Shown here: positions 48,648-60,010 of the stretch, in pieces
How the letters are laid out: every line of letters begins with the position of its first letter
Position numbering within the stretch: the first letter of the stretch is position 1
Origin: Ignavibacteriales bacterium
GTDB lineage: Bacteria; Bacteroidota; Ignavibacteria; UBA10030; UBA6906
Assembly: GCA_037441705.1 (NCBI GenBank)
Contig: JBBIRR010000026.1
Location: 1 to 60,030, forward strand
Reading direction: 5' to 3'
Length of the DNA: 60,030 nt
Position numbers and translations under genes: made by a program
The notes under the pieces: generated by a model
What the model was told of the DNA's origin: nothing
Seen by the model: only the letters and a program-made list of their open reading frames with translations
The model's database searches: none

Positions 48648-51182
48648 ATGGCGCTGTCGAAGAAAGCTCGAATGTGGCTGGTTATTCTCGCGATCCCGAT
48701 TGTGTTGCTGGCCGGTGCCGTAGTTGCCCTGAAACTGTATTTCACGAGTGAGCGATTGAAGGCGCTGGTCGTACCGCGCATCGAGGAGGCAACCGGGACT
48801 CCGGTGGCAATTGAAGATATCAGCCTTTCCATCATCCCCACCATTGCCCTTGATGTACGCGGCCTCTCCATCGCAAGCAAGCCGGGCTTCACCGAACAGC
48901 CTTTGCTTGCTATCGAGCGGCTGCTGCTGGATGTGAAACTCTGGCCGCTGTTCGAGAAGAAGGTGGAGGTCTCATCGCTCGTACTCGAGCGCCCGCGCAT
49001 CACCCTCGAGACGAAAGAGGATGGTTCGACAAATTACGCGAGGGAAAAGTCCGCCCCTGCTTCAACACCTTCTGCACCCGCGCCCGAGGCGACGCCGATG
49101 GCAGCCGTTCTGCTGCCCGACTTTCGTATCGTCAATGGCTACATCGACATGATTGATCACCGCGATAACTCCCGTCAGATCCTCGACGGGTTTCATGAGC
49201 AGGCCTCGGTTCATTTCACCCCTGCAACAAACGAAGCGCGGATTGAAAGCAAGACGGCGATCGACCGGTACAGCTACGGCACCATCACAACTCCCCTTAT
49301 CACGGATTGGCGCATCAATGCAGATGCAACGATGCTGTATCACGCCGGGAAACGGCTCGCCTCGATCGAGAAAGGCAAAGGGTTCCTCAACGCCATTCCG
49401 TTCGACATCACGGGTTCGATAGACTTGAGCGACAAGCCGCTTCTGGACCTGACGATTGCAGCAAAGGATGTAAACGTTGCCCATCTTCTCAATCTCACGC
49501 CGAAAGCATACGTCGAGAAAATCAAAGGAGTGGAAGGGAACGGCCCGGTGCAGGCCACGATTGTGGTGAAAGGAGTGTACGATAGCGATACACGCACTCT
49601 GCCGGAGGTTTCAGGAAACATCAGCACAACGAATGCCGCCATTCATTTCCCGAACATTCCGAAACCCATCACCAACATTAATCTCATCGCCGACTTTGTA
49701 CGCGGAAAGACAAAGCAAGAATTTCACATACGAAAACTGACGGCATCGCTCGGGCAGAATCCCGTCTCGCTAACGATGGGTGTGGTAGATTTCGACGACC
49801 CGAATCTGACTCTCACAATGACCGCGTCCCTCAACCTGAATGAGATCAAGGACTACTACCCGCTGGAAAGCGGCACGGTGTTGTCGGGAAGGCTGAACGG
49901 GAACGTCACGATCAACGGTAAGGTGAACAAGCCCGATGCGCTCAGGGCGTCGGGCAGCATGGAGTTCAACGATGTAACCATTGCCACCGCTGAAAGCCCG
50001 AACCCGGTGAAGAACATGAACGGAACGATTTCGTTCAGCAATCAAGTGCTGGAGTCGAAGAAGCTTTCCATGACGATCGGCAGATCGGATCTGGCCCTGT
50101 CGTTTACGATGCGCAACTATCTTTCAATGATGTCCGACAAAAAAGGGGCGCCGAAAGCCATCGCCTCCGCATCGCTTACGTCGAATCATCTGTATACGGC
50201 CGACATTATGGGAGAGGACGAGAAGTCCGGCCAGTCCGAACAACCTTCTTCTCGACGTTCGAGCGGCAAGGCAGCGATGCCGTTGCCGAACGTGGAGATG
50301 ACGATTGCAGCAAACATCGGTACCCTCACGACACAAAAGCTGGAAATGAAGAACGTTCGCGGGACGATGCGAATTGCCGACGGCATCATCTCGATGGACA
50401 ACCTCACGATGACGATGTTCGATGGGGCGGTAGCGAGCAAGGGAAGCATCAATCTCCAGAATCCCGAACGCCCCACGTTCCAACTTCATCTTGATCTGAA
50501 GAGCCTGCAGGCAAACTCCGCCCTTTCCACATTTACCTCGTTCGGTCGGCGCCTGTTCGGCAACATGGACATGAGCATTGATATCAGCGGCGCATTGAAC
50601 GACACGCTCGGTCTCATACCGCAATCACTCAATGCAACGGGAAAGGTGGCCGTGAGCAACGGCAAGCTGACCGGCGTCAAAGTCAACCAGCAAATCGCCA
50701 GCATGCTCAGTCTGCCGGATCTCGCCGAAATCACATTCAAAGATTGGACAAATGCGTTCTCAATCAAAGATGGCCGCGTGGCGATTCCGGAGCTGAAGGT
50801 TTCAGCCCTCGGGGCGGACTACACGATCGCCGGAACGCATGGTCTGGACGGGACGATGGATTTCGGCCTGGCGATGCTGCTCTCCGAATCCGCGTCGGCA
50901 AAGGTCCGCGTGCCCGGCTTTGCAGGTGAAGCACTGAATGCGCTCAAGGAGCCGGACGGGCGGCTGAAACTGAATTTCCTCGTTGGTGGAACGACGGACA
51001 ACCCTAAAGTGCAGTTGGACTCACAAGCACTGCAGGCGCGCGTGGCGGAGTTTGCTCAGAAAAAACTCGACGCCGAAAAGCAAAAGCTCCAACAAAAGTT
51101 AGACGCCGAAGCGAAGAAGAAAGCCGACGAGTTGAAGAGCAAGGGCGAAGAGTTGCTGAAAGGACTTATCAAGAAAAAGTAG
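48648..51182 (+). CDS. AsmA-family protein
   Basis: N-terminal anchor, LDVKLWPLF..VEVSSLVLERPRITL, repeated beta-taco segments and a C-terminal GTTDNPKVQLD. Confidence 0.85.
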   Translation: MALSKKARMWLVILAIPIVLLAGAVVALKLYFTSERLKALVVPRIEEATGTPVAIEDISLSIIPTIALDVRGLSIASKPGFTEQPLLAIERLLLDVKLWPLFEKKVEVSSLVLERPRITLETKEDGSTNYAREKSAPASTPSAPAPEATPMAAVLLPDFRIVNGYIDMIDHRDNSRQILDGFHEQASVHFTPATNEARIESKTAIDRYSYGTITTPLITDWRINADATMLYHAGKRLASIEKGKGFLNAIPFDITGSIDLSDKPLLDLTIAAKDVNVAHLLNLTPKAYVEKIKGVEGNGPVQATIVVKGVYDSDTRTLPEVSGNISTTNAAIHFPNIPKPITNINLIADFVRGKTKQEFHIRKLTASLGQNPVSLTMGVVDFDDPNLTLTMTASLNLNEIKDYYPLESGTVLSGRLNGNVTINGKVNKPDALRASGSMEFNDVTIATAESPNPVKNMNGTISFSNQVLESKKLSMTIGRSDLALSFTMRNYLSMMSDKKGAPKAIASASLTSNHLYTADIMGEDEKSGQSEQPSSRRSSGKAAMPLPNVEMTIAANIGTLTTQKLEMKNVRGTMRIADGIISMDNLTMTMFDGAVASKGSINLQNPERPTFQLHLDLKSLQANSALSTFTSFGRRLFGNMDMSIDISGALNDTLGLIPQSLNATGKVAVSNGKLTGVKVNQQIASMLSLPDLAEITFKDWTNAFSIKDGRVAIPELKVSALGADYTIAGTHGLDGTMDFGLAMLLSESASAKVRVPGFAGEALNALKEPDGRLKLNFLVGGTTDNPKVQLDSQALQARVAEFAQKKLDAEKQKLQQKLDAEAKKKADELKSKGEELLKGLIKKK

Positions 51183-51319
51183 ATGAACGTTCTCCCCTTC
51201 GATCGTGAGACAGAGCGTTTCTCTTCCGTCTCGGCGTCAACGCGCACGAACACACGGCGCAGAGCGCGGACGCCGATCCTCAGTAACACACATCGGGTAA
51301 CGATCGACGCCGGCCTCTC

Positions 51320-52111
51320 GTGATAATCCGCCCCAAACAATCGCTCGGACAGCATTTTCTGCGAGATGAGAATATCGCGCGCAAGATCGTGGCTGCGGTC
51401 AATCCGCAGCAGGAGGATACCGTGCTGGAGATTGGTCCGGGCGAGGGCGTGCTCACCAAATATCTGGCGTCATCGTGCCGCCGGCTCATTGTTGTTGACA
51501 TTGACGCACGCGTGATACGGAGGATGCATGCGACCTATCCGGCTGGTGAGATCGAGATTCGGCACGGCGATTTTCTCGACACCGATCTTGCCGCAATGCG
51601 GTCGGGCGGCGCGGCCCTTCGCATCGTCGGCAACATCCCCTACAACATCACGACGCCGATCCTCTTCCACATCCTGGATAATCGGGTGCACGTGCGGGAT
51701 GCCACACTGATGATGCAGCGGGAAGTTGCACGACGCCTGATTGCCCAACCCAGCACGAAAGACTACGGCATTCTGGCCGTGTTCACCCAAATGTTTACGC
51801 AGGTGAAAGTGCTGTTCGATGTCTCTCCCGCGTGTTTTTTCCCCGTCCCCGGCGTGACGTCGTCGGTTGTACAGCTACGCATCCGCGAGCGTCCGCTGCA
51901 TGCATTGGAGAGCGAGGAGTACTTCCGAAGCATGGTTCGCGCGGTTTTCGGCAAACGACGGAAGACGCTGCGTAACTCGCTGCGGTATTTTCTGGAGGAA
52001 AGTTCTGGGCTGCCCCCGTCGTTTGATCTTTCGAAGCGGCCGGAAGAACTTTCCCTCGACCGGCTGGCAGATCTGGCCAATGCGCTGTTCGGCCACAAGT
52101 CTCGCCGATAA
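51320..52111 (+). CDS. rsmA: 16S rRNA m6,2A1518/1519 dimethyltransferase
   Basis: KQSLGQHFL, LEIGPGEG, VGNIPYNIT, MQREVA and RRKTLRN. Confidence 0.96.
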   Translation: MIIRPKQSLGQHFLRDENIARKIVAAVNPQQEDTVLEIGPGEGVLTKYLASSCRRLIVVDIDARVIRRMHATYPAGEIEIRHGDFLDTDLAAMRSGGAALRIVGNIPYNITTPILFHILDNRVHVRDATLMMQREVARRLIAQPSTKDYGILAVFTQMFTQVKVLFDVSPACFFPVPGVTSSVVQLRIRERPLHALESEEYFRSMVRAVFGKRRKTLRNSLRYFLEESSGLPPSFDLSKRPEELSLDRLADLANALFGHKSRR

Positions 52112-52155
52112 CTCGATTTCTCTTGTGCACCCGTCATGACCTGAAATCAGATCGC

Positions 52156-53124
52156 ATGCACGTTCAAGCCATCACACGCTATCTGCACTCGGCCGACCTG
52201 CTGTTCATCGGTTTCAATCTCATTCTCTCCACCATCAACCTTCTCTTTGCCCACCGCATTCCGTACTGGTGGCTGATTGTGCTGAGCAATTTTGCCGGGT
52301 CAGCAGTCATTTGCTTGATGGCATATCTCCGCCATACAACGGGATGGAAACCGCTCCGCCTGCTGCACGATTGGTACGTTCCGATAGCTACGTTCTTTAC
52401 ATTCAAAGCTCTCTATTTCATGATCAAACCGATTCATGGAGGCAGAGACTACGATGACGTGCTGATTGCCATCGACCGATGGCTTTTTGGCGTCAACCCC
52501 ACGGAGTGGCTGATGCAGTTTGCCCATCCGTGGCTCACCGAGATTCTTCAGATCGCCTACACCCTGTTTTATTTTCTGTTCCTGATTCTCGGCTACGAAT
52601 TCTACCGACGACACAATCTGGATCTATTCCACTACTTCATGTTCACGTGCGTGTATGGTTTCTTCCTGTCGTATCTCGGGTACTTCTTCTTGCCGGCAGT
52701 CGGGCCGCGCTTCACGCTCCACGACTTTGCGACACTCGACCGGGAGCTTCCCGGTGTATTTCTCACAGAGTATCTTCGCTGGTTCGTGAACGCGGGCGGC
52801 TCGATTCCCAGCGGCGTACCGAACGACGTCGCCATCAGCCTGTCGCAGCGCGACGTGTTCCCCAGCGGCCACACGATGATGACGATTGTGCTGATGTACC
52901 TGAGCGGGAAGTATCGGGCGAAGTGCCGCTGGTTCATGTTCGTCACCGGCACACTGCTGATTATTGCCACCGTGTATCAACGATATCACTATGTGGTGGA
53001 TTTGTTTGCCGGCGCGCTGCTTGCCTGGTTTTGCATCGCAAGTTCGGCGAAGTTGTATGTGACACTCAAGGCCCGCTACCAGACGATGGAGAGCCGATTC
53101 CCTGAAAGCCTGGTGAAGATATGA
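52156..53124 (+). CDS. PAP2-superfamily membrane protein (Aur1/IPC-synthase-like)
   Basis: Multiple TM helices; PAVGPR, DVFPSGH and RYHYVVD motifs. Confidence 0.8.
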   Translation: MHVQAITRYLHSADLLFIGFNLILSTINLLFAHRIPYWWLIVLSNFAGSAVICLMAYLRHTTGWKPLRLLHDWYVPIATFFTFKALYFMIKPIHGGRDYDDVLIAIDRWLFGVNPTEWLMQFAHPWLTEILQIAYTLFYFLFLILGYEFYRRHNLDLFHYFMFTCVYGFFLSYLGYFFLPAVGPRFTLHDFATLDRELPGVFLTEYLRWFVNAGGSIPSGVPNDVAISLSQRDVFPSGHTMMTIVLMYLSGKYRAKCRWFMFVTGTLLIIATVYQRYHYVVDLFAGALLAWFCIASSAKLYVTLKARYQTMESRFPESLVKI

Positions 53125-53224
53125 TGAACGAATCTTCATTCGCGTTGGTTTGCATCTTTTGCATGCTTTGTGTATCTTTTTGACCCGCTGAGGTTCGTTT
53201 TTCATTCATTGATAAGGTTAGTTG

Positions 53225-53536
53225 ATGTACGCAGTCGTCGACATTGCAGGACAGCAGTTTAGAATGGCAGAACAGGAGCGCCTTCGCGTTCCGTTGCTGA
53301 AACAGGAAAAGGGTGCAACCGTTACGTTCGATCGCGTGTTGTTGTTGGCTGGCGACACGGAAATTCGGGTCGGCAACCCAACCGTGCCGGGCGCAACCGT
53401 GCAGGCAACGGTGGTGGATCACGGACAGGGTGACAAGGTCCTGGTGTTCAAGAAGAAACGCCGCAAGGGGTACCGCGTCAAACGCGGACACCGGCAGGCG
53501 TATACCGAGATTCAAGTGACAAAGATTGGGAAGTAG
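53225..53536 (+). CDS. rplU: 50S ribosomal protein L21
   Basis: [12 protein letters not shown]...[13 protein letters not shown]...GHRQ. Confidence 0.97.
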   Translation: MYAVVDIAGQQFRMAEQERLRVPLLKQEKGATVTFDRVLLLAGDTEIRVGNPTVPGATVQATVVDHGQGDKVLVFKKKRRKGYRVKRGHRQAYTEIQVTKIGK

Positions 53537-53538
53537 CC

Positions 53539-54854
<1,316 letters not shown>

Positions 54855-54967
54855 ACGTCCGACGGTTTGGGCAGAACCGCCAATCTCCGTATATTGATGT
54901 GAGATTGGAAAAGCCCACTTTGCAGATGAACAGACAGATGAAAAGGAGAGCAGCGATCGCTCGGCAC

Positions 54968-55681
54968 ATGAGGGTCGAAGTTCTCCTTTTGTTTTTTGCG
55001 CTCGTTACGCTCTCCTGCCGCGAAGAACTTCCGCTCGGCGGGTCCACCCCCGCCGCCAAACTCGCATTGCAGTTTGTGCCGGGAGACTATTATCAGTTCG
55101 ATAACTGGAAGCTCGACTTCTACGGCTTCCGCATTCCCTCATCCTATTATCGCAACAGTTGGACTGTGGCGGATACAGGTGTGAGCCTGAGGGGCGCGGC
55201 GCGCGTCATCGTTGTTATCGACAGCACCTTCGACTCGACGCAGCACCTGGCGCGGCTTGACTCTCTCTTCTTCCGTGTCGATTCGAACGGCGACGTGTTT
55301 CAGTACGGCTTCCTGTCGTCGCTTATCGCCGAACGGGAATCGCTCACGCTTGTGCCAGAGTGGGACCGCATCGCTGCGTTCTCGCAACCGACGGGAAGCT
55401 CGTGGGTTCTTGCCCGCATCGACACACCCGCTGGCGCGCCGTCAGTACAAACAGTCGTCGGCAGCATTGTGCCAACGCCGGAGTACGTCGGCCCGGTGAT
55501 GGTTGATGGTGAGGAACGCGCCGTTCTCTCGTATCGCATCGAAATCACAAAGCCAAACCTGGATTATGTTTTCTGGCTCAGCGATGCGCCGACGTCGTTC
55601 CCGCGGATGCTGGACGATTCGGAGATCCTGCGCAACGCAACGCTGCGCGAGCTGAAGACCGTGCGTCGTGCCCGGCGCTGA
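54968..55681 (+). CDS. Hypothetical lipoprotein
   Basis: Hydrophobic signal ending in lipobox TLSC; beta-rich mature part. Confidence 0.65.
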   Translation: MRVEVLLLFFALVTLSCREELPLGGSTPAAKLALQFVPGDYYQFDNWKLDFYGFRIPSSYYRNSWTVADTGVSLRGAARVIVVIDSTFDSTQHLARLDSLFFRVDSNGDVFQYGFLSSLIAERESLTLVPEWDRIAAFSQPTGSSWVLARIDTPAGAPSVQTVVGSIVPTPEYVGPVMVDGEERAVLSYRIEITKPNLDYVFWLSDAPTSFPRMLDDSEILRNATLRELKTVRRARR

Positions 55682-55721
55682 CCATACGTCCCCTACGAAC
55701 TGCAGCGCGGGAAATCCTTAC

Positions 55722-55755
55722 AAAAAAAAGACCGTCACGATCGACCGTGACGGTC
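55722..55755 (-). terminator. Intrinsic terminator, possibly bidirectional
   Basis: GACCGTCACG-ATCGAC-CGTGACGGTC perfect 10-bp stem next to an A8 run. Confidence 0.8.
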
Positions 55756-55778
55756 CCATTTTCTTCCAAAGAGGCTGC

Positions 55779-57086
55779 TCAGCGACCTCTGCCGCTTCGC
55801 CCTCCCGATTCGCGCCCGGCATTACGCTGCGGGCCGGCGTCGCTGCCTCGTGGTCCCGATTGCCCTTGAGGTACGCGCATGCTCGGTTGCCTCGCCTCCC
55901 GCTGCGGAAAACTATACCGGGCATCATCTCGTTGCGGCCGCTGATAGGATTCCTCGCGCTTCCGTTCCCGTCCATCCCGCTGCGGTACCGTCTGTTGCTC
56001 GGGCGCAACCCCGCGCTGCCGCGCATCTGGCTCTCGACTCCGCTGTGGGTCTACTCGTTGCGGTTCCGCACGACGTGATTCCGGTGTCACCGACACGTCA
56101 CTTTCCCGCCTTCTTCCTTCACGATTGCGGATCGCGTCATCGACCGGACCCTTGAGCATGCCGTCGTCGCGGATGCGGCCCTCATCGGTGGTACGACGCG
56201 GTTCGCGGATGTCGCCGGACTCACGCACCCGAAGGTCGAGCTTGCGCGTATCGAGATCCACCGATCGTCCGGTACCTTCCCGCACACGTGCGGGCCGAAC
56301 ATCCGTGGCCTCATCCTCAGCCCGCTCGATGATGCGCGGGCGATAAACTTCGATCTGTTCTCGATGGCCATCACGAACGATGCGCTCCACCGGCTGATCA
56401 TCCACTTCGCGAACCTGTACAGGCGCGAGGCGGACATTACCGCGGCGTTCGACAAATTCCGGTTCGGGGCCTCGCGATACAATCCGACCGCCACTATAGC
56501 GCACGCTTCCTCCGCTGCGTGTTACGCCAATGTATCGCGTGTTGTTCTCCGGACGGTCTACATACCGGTAGATGTGCGGTGTGGAGATGTAGCGGCAATG
56601 CACGAAGCTCCACCAGTGCACAGGCGTGTACCATCGGGTTCGATAGTGAATTCCCCAATGGATACTGAAGACGGCGTACGGTCCGAGGGGAGCCCACCCG
56701 ATGTAATCACCGCCGTAGCGCCATTCCACCCACGCGGGTGCCCAATCGTACCCCGGAATCCAAATCCACCCATAAAAATCATCGTAGTACCACCGTCCAT
56801 AGTGAAACACCGCCCACCCCCACGGCTCGTCACTCACCCAATACCAACCGTAGTCTGTCCAGACCCACCGACCGAGAGTGTACGGCCGCCACCCGACGGC
56901 AACGCGGATGGGCCTCCACGCATAGACCCCTCCGCTGATCGCAATCCACTCACCGTATGGGCTAAGCCTGTCGTAAAAGACAGAGAACGTGACGGCGCCT
57001 CCCCGATGCGGATGCGCCGATGACGGTTGAACGGCAGCCATTTGTAGAGCGGCAACGCATCCCAGAACCAAAGCAAGCTTTTTCAT
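55779..57086 (-). CDS. Secreted Trp/Tyr-rich repeat protein (DUF6600-like) with Arg-rich disordered tail
   Basis: Signal peptide; FYDRLSPYGEW, WRPYTLGRWVWTDYGWYWVSDEPWGWAVFHYGRW and WAPAWVEWR. Confidence 0.78.
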   Translation of the reverse strand: MKKLALVLGCVAALQMAAVQPSSAHPHRGGAVTFSVFYDRLSPYGEWIAISGGVYAWRPIRVAVGWRPYTLGRWVWTDYGWYWVSDEPWGWAVFHYGRWYYDDFYGWIWIPGYDWAPAWVEWRYGGDYIGWAPLGPYAVFSIHWGIHYRTRWYTPVHWWSFVHCRYISTPHIYRYVDRPENNTRYIGVTRSGGSVRYSGGRIVSRGPEPEFVERRGNVRLAPVQVREVDDQPVERIVRDGHREQIEVYRPRIIERAEDEATDVRPARVREGTGRSVDLDTRKLDLRVRESGDIREPRRTTDEGRIRDDGMLKGPVDDAIRNREGRRRESDVSVTPESRRAEPQRVDPQRSREPDARQRGVAPEQQTVPQRDGRERKREESYQRPQRDDARYSFPQREARQPSMRVPQGQSGPRGSDAGPQRNAGRESGGRSGRGR

Positions 57087-57259
57087 TTCCCACCTCACAA
57101 CGTGACCCTTTAGATGTTTTCGCCTCCCCGCGGGAGACGTCCGTTTGAGGTTCAATCGATATGCCAGGTGAAATGCACCGAAAACAAGTCAATTCACGCG
57201 GCGGTCGGCCCCCGACTCGTACACATTTGTGGTCATTGCACCGAATAGGCTACACCGCC

Positions 57260-58165
57260 CTAAGGACGCTGACCGAGAAGATATGCAATGATTCCCTTCT
57301 GCACGTGCAGGCGGTTCTCCGCCTGGTCGAGCACAATGGACTGTTTACCGTCAAGAACGTCCCGGGTGATCTCTTCGCCGCGGTTGGCCGGCAGGCGGTG
57401 CATGACGAGGCAGTCGGGCTTGGCATGCTTCAGCAAGGCCGTGTTCACCTGATGCTGCTTGAAGATGATCTGCCGTCTCCCGACATCGCGCGTGGTGGGC
57501 CAAACATCGGTGTACACAACATCCGCATTCTGAACTGCCACAACAGGGTCGGGAATAAGTTCGATGCGACTGACCTTCGCCGCCTGCGCCTGCTCCAGCA
57601 AACTCGGATGCGGTTCATAGCCCGTCGGCGAAGAGACCACAAAGTGCAGCGGGATTTTTTCTGCAAGCTCAAGCCACGAGTTCACAACATTGTTGCCATC
57701 TCCCACGAAGACGATCTTGGTCGTTGGCGATGCTTTGCCGTACTCTTGCAGCGTGAAATAGTCGGCAAGGATCTGGCACGGATGCACAAGATCCGTCATG
57801 GCGTTGATCACCGGGACGGTCGCACTTTCGGCAAGCTGCACAACGGTTTGATGCTTGGTGGTTCGCGCAACGATAAGCTCGTTGTACCGCGAAAGCACAG
57901 CAGCCACGTCGTGCACGGACTCGCGCGTGGCAATGCCGATCGTTTCTTGCTGCAAGAAAATCGGGTGCCCGCCGAGTTGCGCGATGCCAACTTCGAAGGA
58001 GACGCGCGTGCGGAGAGACTCTTTTTCGAAGATCAGTGCAGCACTCTTATTCGCGAGAGGAGAGGGCCGGGTGAACTCGCCGGTTTTGATTTTGCGAGAA
58101 AGGAGGAAGACGTCTTCCAGTTCCTGGCGTGTCCATGCGGAAAACGAGATGAGATCGCGCTTCAT
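57260..58165 (-). CDS. argF: Ornithine carbamoyltransferase-like transcarbamylase (divergent substrate-site motifs)
   Basis: FEKESLRTRVSFE, HPCQILAD, GDGNNV and QAENRLHVQK. Confidence 0.8.
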   Translation of the reverse strand: MKRDLISFSAWTRQELEDVFLLSRKIKTGEFTRPSPLANKSAALIFEKESLRTRVSFEVGIAQLGGHPIFLQQETIGIATRESVHDVAAVLSRYNELIVARTTKHQTVVQLAESATVPVINAMTDLVHPCQILADYFTLQEYGKASPTTKIVFVGDGNNVVNSWLELAEKIPLHFVVSSPTGYEPHPSLLEQAQAAKVSRIELIPDPVVAVQNADVVYTDVWPTTRDVGRRQIIFKQHQVNTALLKHAKPDCLVMHRLPANRGEEITRDVLDGKQSIVLDQAENRLHVQKGIIAYLLGQRP

Positions 58166-58295
58166 GCATTCGTCCTTCGGATAACGTTAGGTGAGAGAAT
58201 TCGTTTATTGACAGTAGAAGGTAGGGAACTGCGCGGAAAAATCCAACCCGGCCTGCTGGCCGGGAATTAGCGACGCAGAATAAGGAGACGCAGCA

Positions 58296-58646
58296 TCACG
58301 TCGCTGCAGGATGTTGTACATACTGATGATGTGCTGCTGCCACGAACTGCTGTTCGCACATCGAGCAAATCCGTTGTGTGGGATCCTTGTCCAGCACATC
58401 CTGACTGATCGGCCTCTTGCAGCTAAGACAAATGCCGTACGTGCCCTGCTCGAGACGTTCGAGGGCGCTGCGAAGTTCTTCCAACACAGGGTCGTTCTTG
58501 AATGCAAGAACCGCATCAAGCTGGTGAAGGGATAACTCCCCATTCAAAAACATCTCACGGGGATAAAGGTCGGCATACTGGTCATGAAGGTGGTCATACA
58601 ACCTGGAGAGGATCAGTCGCCGCATCACTCGTTTACTCTTTGTCAT
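58296..58646 (-). CDS. TraR/DksA C4-type zinc finger protein
   Basis: ALERLEQGTYGICLSC...P...CSMC; AGGAGG RBS upstream of ATG 58646. Confidence 0.8.
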   Translation of the reverse strand: MTKSKRVMRRLILSRLYDHLHDQYADLYPREMFLNGELSLHQLDAVLAFKNDPVLEELRSALERLEQGTYGICLSCKRPISQDVLDKDPTQRICSMCEQQFVAAAHHQYVQHPAAT

Positions 58647-59257
58647 TGCGCCTCCTTTCTTCTTGATGCTGTAAGAAGATCCCCCATTCTCCAACACGTG
58701 AGATAACGCGAGAGATACGCTGTCACCCATGTCTAAGGTACGAAAGATTTTTGGAAAGTCAACAACCGGAGAAAAAATTTTCATTGTCGCGATGAGTCCC
58801 GCTTGTCGGAACGGCCCGCTCGGCCTCAGCGCGCCCGCAACAGAGTCCGTGCCACTTGATGCACACCTCCCGAGATAGCTCAGCCGACGGTGTACAGTTC
58901 TTCAACATTCTTCACTGGCATCAGTCTCATGATGCTCGCTGTCGTGTACGGTGACAAGCTGGTTCAGATGCAGATTCGGTCTCGCGTTCGGGACAGGAGT
59001 TCAGTGGAGTGAAGTAACACTTGAAAAGGACAGGGCAAGTGTATCGGGCAACGTTCAAGAAGGAAAGCGTTGACAGCACAAGCGAACGGAGAGCTTAGAA
59101 AGGTGGTCAGGAACAGCGCGGCGGAACCCCCACACATTTTTCTATCGCTCGTCAGGAACCGCTGTCGAAGGGAGGGTCTCAAAGACTCGAGGGGTTTATC
59201 GACGCGAAAGGCGACGGGCTGGGGGTCTCCAACTCGTGGCTTTTGAACACGTTACGG

Positions 59258-60010
59258 TTATATTACTTCGCAGCCATTTCGTTCTATCCAGCCTACTTTG
59301 CCGTCGGCGAGCCGAATCTTCAGCCACTCATTGACCCTGTCGGTGACGAGCACCTTCACACCGCTGTGAAGGACAAATGCATCTGTGCTTTTTGGGTCGG
59401 GTGAGTTTTTTATCGTCGTGATGTTTGCTGTGACGATTGCCAGGTCCGAGCGCTGCACATCATCGAGCTTTCCGAAGAAGATCACGAGAGCGATGCCCAG
59501 CAGCACCGCACCTCCGAGTGCAGCGGCAAAGCCGACACGACGCAGAGCGTATGTGCCTGCCAGCAGCACTGTGGCAATTGAACCGAGGACGAGAAGGAAG
59601 ATCACGTATGCGATCCAGGTGATGCCGCTCAGTGAAAACGCCCCCTTGATTCCTTCCCACCAATCCCAAATGAACAGCCGCGGCGTCGGTTCGATCCGAT
59701 CCATGAGCATCAGATTGGCAAGCTGCAGGTTGTGGAGAATGTCGTCATCGTTCGGCTGCAGGCGCAGAGCGCGCTCGTAGTTGAGGATGGCCTTCCCGAT
59801 GTTTCCCGTCTTGTAGTAAGCGTTGCCCAGATTGTAGTACAGCTCGGCGCTCACGAGTCCGCTCTGGAGAATCGCCTCGTACTTCTCGATGGCATCCGTA
59901 AACTTGCCTTGCTGGTAGAGTTGGTTTGCCTGATCAAACGCCTGTTCTGCTGTCTCGGCATGCAGTGCAGCGGCTGAGAGCATCAGAACCATGACAATCG
60001 CAGGTTTCAT
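59258..60010 (-). CDS. batE: BatE-like TPR + TM + SH3 protein
   Basis: FDQANQLYQQG, LYYNLGNAYYK..IGKAILNYERAL, two TM helices and LHSGVKV...WLKIRLADGKVGWI. Confidence 0.8.
   Translation of the reverse strand: MKPAIVMVLMLSAAALHAETAEQAFDQANQLYQQGKFTDAIEKYEAILQSGLVSAELYYNLGNAYYKTGNIGKAILNYERALRLQPNDDDILHNLQLANLMLMDRIEPTPRLFIWDWWEGIKGAFSLSGITWIAYVIFLLVLGSIATVLLAGTYALRRVGFAAALGGAVLLGIALVIFFGKLDDVQRSDLAIVTANITTIKNSPDPKSTDAFVLHSGVKVLVTDRVNEWLKIRLADGKVGWIERNGCEVI

Noticed and set aside
58790-59250. ncRNA or small ORF in the long dksA-batE intergenic region (e.g. a ~40-aa GTG-started hydrophobic ORF near 58890-59012)
   Set aside because: No recognisable RNA family signature, RBS or motif; cannot be supported by eye.
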